From Anthoceros angustus (taxonomy: Eukaryota; Plantae; Anthocerotophyta): a stretch of 64,000 nucleotides of DNA. Below, piece after piece: positions 13,771 through 28,200 of the stretch. Made by a program: the position numbers and the translations under genes. Within the stretch, counting starts at the first letter, position 1. Each line of letters begins with the position of its first letter. Where the stretch lies: contig MU008192.1 of NCBI GenBank assembly GCA_010909165.1, positions 1 through 64,000 of the forward strand, in the 5' to 3' direction. The notes below the pieces were generated by a model. It ran no database searches, was not told the DNA's origin, and worked only from the letters and a program-made list of their open reading frames with translations.

Positions 13771-16359
13771 GCCATAATGGGGTATGACCTTCATCTTGTA
13801 CACCCATTTGCAGGAGTGCCTTCTTATCCACTCAGCAAGACCAACTCCCAAGTTTGGTTCTTGCACAATTCATTTAATGCATGGCCTTCTCCCACTTCTC
13901 TTTGTTACTCATTGACATGGCCTCTTTGTAAGAAGAGGGTTCCCCACAATCTGTCGGCATGACATAATCCAAAGATGGATCATACCATCGAGGTCGTGTA
14001 ATCTGCGACCTGGCCGCACCTCTATAGGAGCTTGTTCGACTCTTGGTTCATCTACCGGTGGAGGAATGTGCTCCTGCACATTACCACGGTTATCAACCTG
14101 CCCATGATGATCATGTCCATCTTCTTGGAAGATCACCCTTCGCACCTCCACGGTTGGAGTAGGCTTCCTGCATCTTGTTCTCATTGAAGAACACGTCGTT
14201 AGTACGAACAACCTTTCTAGCCTCGGATCCCACAAAGCGGTATCCCATCTCACGGAATCACCATAGCCAAGAAAAATACATTTCTTGGACTTAGGTGCCA
14301 ACTTGTCCCGAAACTCTTTTGGAACATGGCAGTATGCCTCACAACCAAACACTCAGATGCTTGTAGGATGGTTTCTTTCCAGACCATAGCTCCTCTGGAA
14401 CCTGCTCATCAACAGCCTTATTAGGAGATCTGTTAATAAGATGATGAATTGCGATGAACACATACGCCCAAAACCCATTAGGCAATCCGAGTTTGACAAC
14501 AAACTACGCATCCTCTCGAATGGTTACATTCATCCTCGGCCACACCATTTTGTGGAGGGTATGGTGATCAATTCTCTTTTGATTCCCTTGGAATCAGAAT
14601 GACTGGAAAGCTTTGAAACATACTCTCCACCATTATCTGTCCTTAGACACTTCAATCGGTGGCCAGACTGATTCTCTACAAGGGTGACAAATTTCTGAAA
14701 CACCGTCAGAACTTCATCCTTTTTCCTCAAAGGATAAACCCACACCTTGCGTGAGAAATCATCTATGAAAGTGACAAAATAGGAGGCACCGCCTAATGAT
14801 GAGCATAGGTCCACATACATCATCTGAACCAACTCAAGAGGTTTACTCCTACTTTTACCTCTTGTTCGATGTGATGATTTTGTCTGCTTCCCATATAAGC
14901 AGTGCTCACACATCGAGATCGGAGAAGTTAAACGAGGATATAACCGAGCGAGATAAAACCTTCATTCCCTTCTCGAGACATATGTCCTAACCGCAATGCC
15001 ACAAGGAAACATTTGGGCTGCTCATTACGATTATACATGATCTTTGGCTGTTTACAAGTGAGTACAAAGTGCCACACTTGATCCACGAGCTAACACAAGA
15101 GAACCTTTGGAGATCTTCCAAGAGTGATCCCCAAACCAGTGGTAACCAAAGATCATCCAATCTGCGCTAATCATGCTTTTGTCAACTTGAACATGCCTAA
15201 CGTCCTTGACATGAATGAAGATCCGTTGTCAAACTTGAGTTGCACATCAGCTGCGATCGGCATGCGTAGTTATTTCCAAGCCTAACATCCTTTCCTTGTA
15301 GCATCATGCTAAACCACTCTCTATGAGGAGTAACATGGAAAGATGCACCAGTCAATTATCCAATTGCGAGAATAAATGACTATCCACGGTAATTGTGCGA
15401 CATTCAAGTAAGAAGAGATAAGGACATCTCCGTCCTCAATGTTTAACTCTTCCAACTGACATTAAGTCGCCTTCTTGTCGTCTGCTTCTTCTCTTTTCCT
15501 TGGTCCTTTTGAACTTCTCGCACTCTCTTTTGAAGTGACCCTTTGTGACAATAGTGACACTCCACATTCTTGTTACGACTACGAGATTTGCTACGAGAAA
15601 ACTTACATCCGGTTGCTTCCCTTCGCAGCGGACCTCCCTCTCACTATGAGGGCATGGAACCTTTGGAAGGTTCCATTTTTCCTGCTCACCTCCTCGGTTA
15701 ACTACCTTCTACATTTACAATGGTAAGACCACTAGCGAGGCGAATTACTCGGTATCGAAAGGTGTCCCAACTCTCGTAATGTGACCAACGAAACATAGCT
15801 CTCACGGAATGGGGTGATACCTTGAGATGAGAGGCTGGCTGAAAATGGTATTGAAATCATTCGGATGATCGGACATCCTCGTCCCTTCCTTCATCTTCAA
15901 GTCCACCATGTTTCAACCAATACACGAGAAGCCGCACTTTGCTTCTCATGTCCACACTTACGCCACTAACAACGTGGTCTTATCTTTCACATTGAAGTAC
16001 ACTGCTTTTGACAATGTTAGCATGATAGTAGATCTAGCAAGCTCATCCAGTCCCGCCACTCATCACGTGTCATACTATCCGGTTTGACGCCTAACAACTT
16101 TATGGGCTTGATCGCTTTTTACGCACTAGAACATTATACACTTGTTCTTTCGAGCGGGAAGTTAGTACCATCTAACTTCGATATTGAACATGACGTTTTC
16201 GATGATGAAGACATCATGACTCAAAAATCGTCTGATAAACACTCGACTCGCCTTGTCGAAAAGTCAAAGAATGTAAGCGCAAGTTCGGTTATTATTAATT
16301 ATGCCTTGTCTTCATCGCCGGTCGCCGCGCTCACTTCCGGTGCCTGAGTTGACTCTCAC

Positions 16360-16780
<421 letters not shown>

Positions 16781-16869
16781 CGCGATATGGATCACACCGC
16801 AATTCCACGCTCGCCCACCAGCTAGAAAATTCTAGCATCACAACACAACAAACCAAAGCTCGATACGGT

Positions 16870-17099
16870 TGAAGGATCGTGGCCATGATGGTGGAAAGAG
16901 GAGAGGAGAGGAGGAAGCAAATGTATCTCTCTCATTGAGATGAGGCTAGGGTATTTATACCCTCCAGACTCCCTAAGCTCCACAAGAAGCCCCTAGGAAG
17001 GAGCAGAAGCTTCCTAGTTATTAGCTTCAGCTAAACTAATGACACCTAACTTAGACTAAGCGTATTAGTCTAGGTACATTGGGCTTTAATACCCTTACA
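16870..17099 (-). repeat. 5' LTR of copia B
   Basis: TGAAGG...CCTTACA termini, TATAAATA on the minus strand at ~16952-16959, and an adjacent PBS remnant. Confidence 0.75.
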
Positions 17100-18689
17100 A
17101 AGTGAAGGTCAGGCCATGAGCGTCGTGAATGTGCAAACCAACAAATGCTGGTGACGACAAAGGTTGTCTGCAGGACATGCAAGTGGCGAGAGAGACATGG
17201 CGTACGAGGCAGGCTTGAAGTGTACAAATTACCTCCCGGACATGTATCGCTTTGCATGTGATGAGCGTGTGCATATTGCGGGCGGAGATCCCACTGCAGG
17301 AGATGGTGTGGGAGTGGAATGAAGACCAGTGCACAGTGTGGACATGGAGAGCCCTTAACCTCTTGAGAACACTTTTTGTCTGAGGTGCGTCGCGAGAGGC
17401 AATGATGGCAACTAGTGGAAAAGGCAGGTTGTAAGTAATGCGAAGCTGGCCGTGTATAGGAAAGGCGGGGAGGCGTGACCTCAAAATGGACGAACATTTG
17501 GAGAGCGAGTTCCGCGCTCCCTACACACTAAAAGTAGCCACCCTGTTTGGGATCTCACTTCAAAAGCTAGCGTGACGCACATGGAAAGCTAGGGCAAGTG
17601 AGGGGGGGCTGACAGGGCCAAGGGAAAACGTATAAGCAGTGCAAAATTCAGGCACGGCGGAAGGCGATGCGCGGCGGGGGCAATAACCGAGGGCCATTTC
17701 GATTTTGAGGGCACAGGTACCTGGCCGAAGGGTGGGAAGCCACCACGGAGGTAAGAGTAAAAAACTGTGGGAAGCGAGATATGATTAAAGCTACAAACCT
17801 AAACCCTAAAGGCCTCCACCACCATGTCCTAACCAAATCCCTGCTTTAAGGTGCCTTAAGCCGATGACCACGAGTCCTAACCCCCATGATCATTGTCCTC
17901 TATGATGTAGAGGTTGTTCATCTCCTCCACAAGACATGGTTGGCGTGCGTCCAGTTCGTAGAGGAGGTTGTGATGAAATCCAGAAGGGGGGATAGTGTCG
18001 GGGCTAGCCGTGCAGCCTGTGAGTCAAGCCGTCGGAGTGAAACTTGGCCATCCACAGCTTGAAGTCCTCCAGTGACTCCGGATGCTTGGACTGCGAAGTC
18101 TCGCAGTGATCGTTAGGACCTAATGGCCATCCATCAAAATGAGTATGCATGAAATAGTGTGCTTCCAGCTTCTGGAAGGCACTCTCGCAGTATGAAGTCC
18201 AGGTCCAGTCCAAATACCTGCGACCACATTCCCTCAGATCGAAAAGAACTTCGAAGTCCAAGGGGTAGTTCTCTATGTGGCAGATGAGGTCGTTGTGGTC
18301 CTCCGCATGCTGCAATAGCGCATCAAGCTCCTCGTAGGACAGAGGATGCATTGGCTTCTTCGGGTCATAAGACCTGTAAAACAACTCACTCCACATATTA
18401 GGATCGGGTGAGGTCGGAGGCGTGGAACCTCCTCACACTGCCCTTGTGGCTCAGAGGCTGCAGGGCTGCGGCATGTGAGGAGGAGAGGGTGGGCGGTGCC
18501 ATCGCCCCACAACCGCAATATGCCTGCAAAACTACGTGCAATGGCACTAGGCAGTCGTGTAGATGTCAGCCATCTACAAGAAAAGGAGCATCAAACAATT
18601 TGGCATCACCCGGCGTGAAGAAATGGGGACGAGGTTGGTTGGTGCTTAGTGCGAGGATGGGGAGGCGATCCGTGAGTGTGCCTCCTTCA

Positions 18690-19395
18690 ACCGCCTCGCC
18701 CGCCCGCCCGCGCCCCGCCTCGCAACTCCTCGCCCGCCCGCCCGCCTCGCAACTCGCCCCGCCCGCCCAACCGCCTCAACCGCCCGCCCAACGCCTGCCT
18801 TCAACCGCCTCGCCCGAACCGCCTCGCCCGCCCCCCGCCCGCCCCGCCCGCCTCGCCCCGCCCGTGCCTTGCCCGCCGCCCGAACCGCCTCGCCCCGCCC
18901 GCCTCGCCCCGCCCCGCCCGCCTCACCTCGCCCCGCCCACGCCTCCCCACCGGCCGCCTTCACCCGCCCCGCCTCCATCCTCGCCCCTAACTGAGACCCT
19001 TTGCCCGCGTCCTTCCTCGGCCATTGCAGGCCCGCCCGCCTGCGCCTTAATCCCTCGTCTGCTGAACCGCCTCCATCCCAAGCCCCGACCACAGGCCCGC
19101 CCGCCCGCCTCACCTCGCCCCGCCCGCCCGCCTGCGCCCGAACCGCCTCGCCCCGCCCGCCCGCCCGCCCGCCTGCGCCCCGCCCGCCTGCGCCCCGCCC
19201 GCCTCACCTCGCCCCGCCTGCGCCCGAACCGCCCGAACCGCCTCGCCCCGCCTGCGCCCGAACCGCCCGAACCGCCTCGCCCCGCCCGCCTGCGCCCCGC
19301 CCGCCTGCGCCCCGCCCGCCCGCCCGCCCGCCCGCCCGCCCGCCCGCCCGCCTCGGACCTCGCCCGGCCCGTGCCTTGCCCGCCGCCCGCCCAGC
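18690..19395. repeat. GC-rich low-complexity repeat (ccgcc/cctcgccc/cccgaa units)
   Basis: Direct inspection of the sequence. Confidence 0.85.
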
Positions 19396-19637
19396 ACTAT
19401 GTGTGGGTCGATCAGCTTTCGATTTCCGGTGTTCCTCGCCCTTGCCCTAAACCATGCTGCTCCACCCTCTTAGGACATGAACCCTAAAAACGGGCACGTG
19501 GCTTGCGTATGCCACCTGGCGCACCCTACAGTGGAAGACCGCGCGCGGGGAAAAGAAATTTCTTGATGCGCGCGCAAGAAAAAATCATAATGAGTGCGGG
19601 GAAAAAATTAAGTTCCCTTTCTATCTACTAGTGACCG

Positions 19638-19723
19638 CGAAGTGGCCGCTTTGGTGCGTCCCCTTTGGGCTACCCCATTCGCGAAGTGGCCGCTTTGGTG
19701 CGTCCCCTTTGGGCTACCCCATT
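19638..19723. repeat. 43-bp tandem duplication
   Basis: cgaagtggccgctttggtgcgtcccctttgggctaccccatt occurs twice. Confidence 0.9.
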
Positions 19724-19959
19724 TCGGTCGGGTTACCAAACCGGACACCAAAAGTTTTGCGCGTGAAAAAAAAGGCCCGTCCCCTCTGTCTTCTTTGATA
19801 TGCCATATGAATCACCCCTTGGGATACGGTACATAAAGAACTGGTAAAAATTATTTTTGGTGAAACCTATCAATCAAAATTTAAATTTTCTTTTTTTTGG
19901 ATATTTTTGATTTGTTTTTTATATTATAACATTTTTCTTATTTTTAGGAAAAATACAAT

Positions 19960-20030
19960 CGGGACACCTCCCTTAATGGGACCTCTAAAGGCACTCCGGA
20001 CCAGTCCCAATTAGGGGGGGTGGACTGTAC
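19960..20030 (-). mobile_element. Possible Tc1/pogo-type MITE terminus
   Basis: The minus strand reads TA|CAGTCCACCCCCCCTAATTGGGAC, resembling a pogo-type TIR with a TA target. No partner TIR found. Confidence 0.3.
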
Positions 20031-20185
20031 ATGGCAATGCGCCCCAAGGCCAATACGTGGGAAGAGAGTTTGTGTAGAACATAAATACTTAGCGCGACGT
20101 TGAGCGCATCCTAACCAGGGTCCCCGGACGACCACTCTTCACCTAAGTTGGCCAAATGCAACATCCACTACCTATGTTCAAGAAC

Positions 20186-21695
20186 TTAGCGGCGGTCTTC
20201 CCATTTCCAATACCTGTATTTACATACATCCAATCCCCTATCATCCCGGCATACTAGACGGAAGTTGATAGAAAGCTCAGAATTGAGCAAACTCATACCA
20301 ATACCATCCTTCGCATACCGCCATACTCTCCCCGTCTTATGTAACGCTGCATGTCCATCATCCATGGCTTGAGCGTTTCCGTCATGAAACGCCCGGCCAG
20401 CACTCTCGTCAGAAGAGGACGATGCGCCACAACTTCCTGAGCCAGCCATCAGCATTAAGCACTCATCTACAGGGTTGGTACTCCAAACGACACGTTCCCA
20501 GTGGTCGAAGTCTGAAGAGGCGCCGATGCCACGGCATGTTACCTCGTCATCATCGTTGTACGAAAGCAAGATAAAGACCAGTTCCTGAGATCGCCCGATG
20601 CCCTACAACACAAAGAGAACACACAACGCATAAGAACTCGCTGGCACAATGCACACGCCCCGAGACTACAGACCCCAACAAAGACCTGCAAATCATCACC
20701 TTCCAAAGCCCTTGGAGCGGGCGACTAGCTGTGGGACAGCAGTCCATAACTTTCACGAAATGCTGAGGATCACCTAACTTTCTTCCATGATTCACTAACT
20801 CGGCTTTGAGTTTCCGCCTATGCTTTCGCAGGGCACTGGCACCTCCGGAGCCTGCCACTTTCCTAGATAGAAATTCACACATCTCGTGATGAAAACGGCT
20901 GGATTGACTGGCCGCCTGGGAGTCCCCCTCTACAATACCAGCGGGTCTAGACAAATCATAGGTGTCCATAGCTCCAAACGAGGCAAGAGCAGCGGCCTTA
21001 GCTGAGTGTCTAACTCCACATGGCTGCCTTTGCCCGTCATAATCCACAACGACGTGATGTTTCGCTACAAAACTCAAGTTCACCTCAGCCAAGTTGGCGG
21101 GAAGAGGGAGGTCAAAGTCGAGTACCCCCCAGTCCCACACGGGCATGGTCTCCCTCGGAGGTGAGGAGACACTCTTACATCGAGCATCCTCATCCATCGC
21201 AACTCCAGGTGATGACAACCCAGGCAATACAAAGCAGACAGGTCTGCCTTCACATGTCAGGCCCAAACGAAGGAACGGAACCTTGCAAACTCGTAAACTT
21301 CCCGGCTGAGAATGGAGTAAGCGAAAGGCCATGACGCAACGGGGCCTCCATTCAAACACTATCAGGAAGGGAGCATCCGCAGTCCCTACGCCCCTCCAAT
21401 AGCCGATAAGATTCTCCCATTCACTTAATACATCGTGAATAGCTCGGAAGGAAACAGATCCCGTCCACCAGCTGGCAAGCGATGTATGAGCACCCCATCG
21501 TCGCTCGCAGACTTCTCGCCAAACCTTACTGTCGTCTGCGCACAACCTTCTCATCTTTTCACATGATACTGAGCAGGCCGCAATGTCTGAAGCTGACAGG
21601 AAGGAGACAATCGTGGACACACAGTCTTCATTGAGCATATCCAAAATAGGCGCTTCACACGCCCCTGCAGCTATGCGATCCACTCGGCAATCCAT
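20186..21695 (-). CDS. F-box protein, At3g12350-like; 2 exons (21695-20700, 20602-20186)
   Basis: N-terminal F-box (LDMLNEDCVSTIVSFLSASDIAACSVSC); LIGYWRG; PTASRPLQGLWK|GI across a GT-AG intron at 20699-20603. Confidence 0.85.
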
Positions 21696-21958
21696 GTTCG
21701 AAAGCGCAAAGAAAACGAAGTGCCAGGTAAGAGTAGCAGCTGAGGAAACTGCCCTTGGCCTACCTGTTCACACTGATATGGGAAAGAGGGAGGGCTCTAA
21801 AAGACCTAAAACGTAGGGCACTATCGGATTGTGTGATAAACTTAGTAGGGGTCGATTGTGTGAAAATAGGGCGCTTTCTGAACTAGGGCCCTTGCGTCGA
21901 GGATTGGGTACAGGACGTATATGTTTCTATCAGTCCCAGCCTTGCAGGTTAGAAGAGG

Positions 21959-24900
21959 ATGGATCGCTATTCCTGGGCAGTGGAGGCTATCTCGGGCGTC
22001 GCGAAGGACTTGAAGCTTAGGACGAAACAGCAGGAGCTTCTGATTCGTGTGGGGACGTTGATCTTGATCTATGTACTAGCCTTCGCTACTCGGCTCTTCA
22101 GTGTGCTTAGATACGAGAGTGTCATTCATGAATTCGATCCTTACTTCAACTACAGGACGACACTTTTCCTCACAGAGAAAGGATTCTATGAATTTTGGAA
22201 CTGGTTCGACTATGAAAGCTGGTATCCCCTTGGCCGCATCATCGGTGGGACCTTGTACCCAGGGCTCATGGTTACAGCGGCGCTCTTATACTGGCTACTG
22301 AGATTCCTCAGGTTCTCGGTGCACATACGAGACGTGTGCGTCCTGACGGCTCCGTTTTTCGCCTCGAACACTACTGTAGTGGCTTACTTGTTCGGGAAGG
22401 AGCTCAGGGACACTGGGACTGGTTTGATTGCAGCAGCATTTATAGCAATTTGTCCCGGGTATATTTCTCGGTCTGTTGCAGGCTCTTATGACAATGAGGG
22501 TGTTGCCATTTTTGCTCTGCTGCTCACTTTCTACTTGTTCGTGAAGGCAGTTAATACAGGCTCGCTAGCATGGTCAGTTGCCTCTGCGTTTGCATATTTT
22601 TACATGGTGTCTGCCTGGGGGGGCTATGTTTTTATCATCAACTTAATACCGATGTACGTCATAGTGCTACTGGTGATGGGGAGGTACTCTCTCCGGCTGT
22701 ACATTGCTTACAACACGCTGTACATTCTGGGAATGCTTCTTGCAATGCAGATCCGTTTTGTCGGTTTCCAGCACATACAGTCGGGCGAGCATATGGCTGC
22801 TTTGGGTGTGTTCTTCTTGTTGCAGGTAGCTAACCCTTGTCATCCGTCGGTCGCATGTGCATGCTCAGTGGCTCTCTGCGTTTTGCCTGTGCTTATGCAC
22901 TTAGACAGACCTGGGCGTGCTGTATTTCTATACTCGGGCTTGAATGTCTTTTGTTGCCACAGCAGAAAACTATTTGATTTCGTCTCCTCAGTATTTGTTT
23001 GTATGAAAACGCAGTCCACTTTGGAGACAATGTTGGTTCACTGAGAAGGTTGCTATGTTCTGAGGGTTTGAGCCTGTACATCTTTTACACAGAAGGCTCA
23101 GTGTGCAGTGTGGTGTTTTTTGCAGGTGTACTACCTTGTTGATTCTGTGAAACAGCAGCTAGATGACTTGATGTTATTTCAAGCCTTTGTGAGAATTACT
23201 GTTATAGCTGCTGCAATTTTTGGTGCTTGTGGACTGGGATTAGGCTTAGCAAGTGGGTACATCTCCCCCTGGACAGGCAGATTCTATTCGTTGTTGGATC
23301 CAACGTATGCAAAAGATCACATCCCTATAATCGCCTCTGTCTCTGAGCATCAGCCGACATCGTGGTCTTCTTTCATGTTTGACTTCCATGCCCTCCTATT
23401 TTTGTTTCCAGCTGGGCTCTACTTTTGCTTCAAGAGGCTCAACGAGGCAACTGTCTTCATTGTCATCTATGCACTGACTAGCTTATATTTTGCTGGGGTT
23501 ATGGTGCGCCTGATTCTAGTTGCTAGCCCCGCAATATGCCTTGTTGCTGCTGTCGCAGCGTCTGCAACTATCAAAACTTTGATGGGACTTTTTCGCGAGC
23601 ATCCCCCTCTTTCTGCCCCTGTGAAGCAAGCTGGCAGTGTCAAGAACTCTCCCAAGGTGAGTACTGCCATTCTTCCTGTAGACCCGATGCACTCAAGTCT
23701 CCACACAGCTAGTCGAGCACGAGCTGTAGAGACGGTTGCAGGTGCATGTCATCTGCTCTTCAGCTGTCTGCCCGCTGAATTCATCTCCAATATCTATCTG
23801 AATTTGATTTTCTAGTTGGATTTCTCCAAGTCTGCCAGGGTGTGGTTTCGGTTGATTGAATGTCATCATTGACAGCTGGGATTCTTCTGCTAATGGATTT
23901 TACTGTCACTGCAGATGGGAAATGAGCCCCTACCATTTCAAAAGGAATGCTCTTTTGTCTTGGTGCTAGGTGTTCTATATTTGCTTCTTAACTTTGTTGG
24001 GCACTGCACATGGGTGACATCTGAAGCTTACTCGTCCCCATCTATAGTTCTTGCAGCAAGGCAAAGCAATGGAGATCGAGTTATCTTTGATGACTTCCGC
24101 GAGGCATATTTTTGGTTGCGACATAACACTCCACCAGACTCAAAAGTTATGTCCTGGTGGGATTACGGGTACCAGATTACAGCCATGGCCAATCGTACTG
24201 TGATTGTAGACAACAATACATGGAATAACACACACATCGCCACAGTTGGGAGGGCAATGTCCTCCCTTGAAGACGATGCATATGAGATTATGCAGTATCT
24301 GGATGTCAACTACGTGCTTGTAGTTTTTGGTGGGGTTACAGGGTACTCCTCTGACGACATCAACAAGTAAGTAGGCCTACATCTGTACGGTCTTCCCAAT
24401 TCAATTGTATGTCCTTGGAGTATGCACTGCAGTTTCCCCTCTAGGCAGGTTGAAAGCAGAGTTGTTGCTTGAGGTCATCATATTGTGTGTGACCCTGAGT
24501 CCTGGCAGGTTTTTGTGGATGGTTCGGATTGGTGGTGGTGTCTTCCCATCTATCAGAGAGCCTGATTTTTTGAGAAGTGGCGAGTATCGGGTTGACAAGG
24601 ATGCAGCACCTGCAATGTTGAATTCTCTTATGTGAGTTACGTTAAGTGGGAAGGAAGACCTGATGGATTTTCTTATCCTGGTAGCTGATGGAGGGTCCCT
24701 TACGTTTGCTTGTCTGTGGACTAATTAGGCGTGGTTTTCATCAGGTACAAATTATGCTACCACAGGTTTGGGGAAGTAAGCACAGAATATGGACGACCTC
24801 CTGGGTATGTTTTCCCTGAACCTTGCTGTATATTGCAGGTGACGCAGCAAAACATTGTCTTGTATGTTGTCCTACAGTTTGCCCAACCCAAGTGTCTGTG

Positions 24901-25055
24901 GTTCTCACAAAGAGCTCGTTTACAGATGGGACCGAGCACGTGGCGTGGAGATAGGGAAGAAGGATATACAACTGGAGTTCTTGGAGGAAGCTTTCACAAC
25001 GTCTAATTGGATAGTTAGGGTGTATAAAGTGAAGCATCCTGACAATCGCTGGTAG
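21959..25055 (+). CDS. STT3B: Oligosaccharyltransferase catalytic subunit STT3B; about 6 exons
   Basis: [41 protein letters not shown] and DINK|FLWMVRI motifs. Exons at about 21959-22826, 23126-23656, 23915-24367, 24509-24631, 24745-24804 and 24927-25055, with GT-AG junctions. Confidence 0.96.
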
Positions 25056-25228
25056 ATATGAGTTACAAGTCGCACGTTCTACGTTTTTACATGCAACACC
25101 GGCAGAAGTTTTCTCAGGTGTGATCATCAGAGAAAAAAATAAATGTTTGACATACAATTGACCTTGACACTCCCACCCATCTGCAACTGAAGTTGGAAAT
25201 CTATTGGATAGCCTTACTTGCTTCCTCC

Positions 25229-28200
25229 TCAAGGGCTCACATGCGCCACATGGGGTCCCAGCTGAAAAATGTTTCGACGAAGAATGGCTTGAAATGTTGC
25301 TTCCCATAAACTACTTGGCGCGGCTACTCCCGTAGAATCACCTATTGAGCTGGATACCTGTAAACACATACATACATGCATTATCACAATAATCGATCAT
25401 ACCAGACTCGAAAGCACTCATGCCAGGCGAACTGCCAAACCACAGATATCTTCACGGACCACTTTTACACAGGATGGATACCACATTTCCTATTAGTACC
25501 TTAAATGCTACGGCAGGCCATTCATACCTGTGAATGCTGATCACCTGTGATACCTTCTAGAACGTCTGCTTCCAGCCAGCCCTTTGAACCACATGCCATG
25601 CCATGGTGCATGCAGCGCCATACCAGTAACAACAAGTCTGCTACGCAAGGCCCATCTACTACTGGCACTATCTCTTTACTATAAACAAGTGCCTCTGGCA
25701 GCCAACCACTCAATGAAACCAGCTGAATCAGTCTGGACAATTGAGTACGTGCTGATAACTCCATGTCCTCTGCCTGTGTCACAAACGAGATTAACTGGCA
25801 TCACACCAAACGGCGTCCAGAATGCAAGTAGTGCAGGGTGAGAGAGATCTAGCAATTGACCTCCATTTGAAATAGATCATTTGCTGACTTCTTACCTTCA
25901 TGAAGCCCACAGAAGGCTGCTGAGAGCGAAATGCGCTGTGGAATTGGACTATGCAATCTGCAACAAGGGTGCGGATAAGCTCTGCACACTGCAATGCCTC
26001 TTGTTTTTTACCATGCTCGAAGACTAGCTGCAAGATCTGTGTAGACGTTTGAGACATCAGACGCACACTTTCTAGAGCACAATGCTGCATCTAAGTTTCG
26101 CATCTTCGTTCACCTCAAAGAGGAAAGGATTGCTGTTGAAGCACTCCATCAGATAGATGTGCCTCGGTGAAGAAACCTGTTTTGGTAGTATCTGCAGATG
26201 GGCACTGTTAGGACCACAAGGTTCCACTTTGCAAAACAAAACATACTGGTGATTACAAGCGTTCCTCTTGCCTCCTCATATTGCTCCATGGTCATGGGCA
26301 TTTCATGTGGTGTTTCCATGCGAGTCGTTATAATAGTAGCAAGTATTGTGGCAGGGTTGCTGGGCCAACATTGACTGCGTCCCATGTCTGAGGCTTCAAG
26401 AATTCCCTTTTCCAAGGTGGCCCTTAGAAGGATGCCAAGCTCGCTGGCTATTCTGGTACTAATTCTACCACCTCGTTGCCTTTGTGAAGGTATATGCATG
26501 TGAAATCGCAGTAAATCAGCTCCCCCACAGGATGAGGACACATCTCCTGTCATAGAGACAAATCACTCAAAGTTCAGGAAGGGTCCAGAATACATACTTT
26601 CGGCCGAAACTGAAAGAATATTTGACCCAGCCTAGCAGAAGTTAAGCAGTCAACAGTTGCACTTGAGGAAAATCTCTGGATGACATGTCTATAAGCATAC
26701 CATTCTGGGATGAAACTCCTGTAATCCTCTGCTCACGCCCATGCAGGCTGAAGGAAAAGTCCAGGAGCTTGTTTACCATCTGCAAAAATTACATCCAATG
26801 CTCTGATACTCCAGAATTTTGCTAGACGGAGAGGGACCTCACGAAATAGAGAGGAAGAGGGTCAACACCTTACCAAAGTGAAGCTCGATGGTCTGAGAGC
26901 TCCATGATCAGCAATTATCTTCTTCAGCTGCTCAATGATTCGCACATATTGCCACCTCGAATCGACACACAATGTCAACTTCCCATGATTTACTGCAGAA
27001 TTTGCATCAGGTGCATAAAACTTTGCGTACAGCTCTTGAAGGAGGGGGAAAAAAATCTTCAACACACGCTGCAACCAAGTACACAGCCTTAGCGGCAGAG
27101 CAGGGGTCACTAGACCCTGTTTTCTACAGTTTACTTCACTGACAGACATCTAGCTTGAGAGCTGACGTGACTCACGACCACTCAGTCCAGCTCTCTGCAC
27201 ACAATTTACATCTGGCATACACACATATACATGGAAACTGCCTAAGGTAAAATAACAAGACAGCTCTTGAATCACGAGATGCACGGCTCCTATACGATGG
27301 TTCAGGAATATGTGCCACACTAATATTCTGGTGCACAAGGGCCTAAAGCAACATAATCTAGAGAATGCAGTAACATAATCTAGAAGCAATGCATTCGACA
27401 TTGGCTGGCTCATTCCCTTACAGTCAAGTAGGCCTGCCACAACGTGTAATGAGCTGCAAACTGGCAAACGCAGAGAAAAATCCATGTAACAAACCTTTAG
27501 GTGCAGTGCAGCTCCGAGTTCACTTTTCACATCAGAGGGGAGGAGGCGGAGAACGTTTAGCACAGAGATTTTCATCTCCCATGCTTGCTCCCGGTCCAAC
27601 AAGGCAATATACTGTGGCCATCCACAATGGAACAGCTGGTTCATAAGTTGCCATACAGACTTCCATGCCAATCCTGACTGCTCCTCCTTCTCAAACACCA
27701 GATTTCCAAGGAAAGTTGCAGAGACAAGCGTGTTTTTCCGCCACATGGTTGGTAAAAGTAGTACCCTGACGGTAGCCATTATAGACAAGACCTGCAAAGG
27801 TCACAAAGATGTCATCACATTAACTTAGTATTTGCATCTGCGAAAACGAAAGAGTTGCCACTTTTGAGTTCCAGGCGGCCATTCAATTGATACTTTTGCA
27901 GTTTTGAAGTCGTGAACAAACAAAAAACAGTTGAACATTTCTAACACATGTTTCCAACCATGAGCAAGCTGTTCCATCAATCAACCTGCTTTTCATCAAA
28001 GATTTGCAGCAGTCTGCAAAGCTTCAGTGCCCAGGATTTCACAGCAGGCTGCATGGCCCAGTGTGACACAAGAAACTGTATGACGTTCATCATGATCGAC
28101 AGTTTCTCCATGGAATTCACATCGATCTGGCCGTCCGCTTGAAAAGTTACACCCGTTCCCTGGACCAGCAAGTCTGCAATAACATTCTCCTCACAGACCA

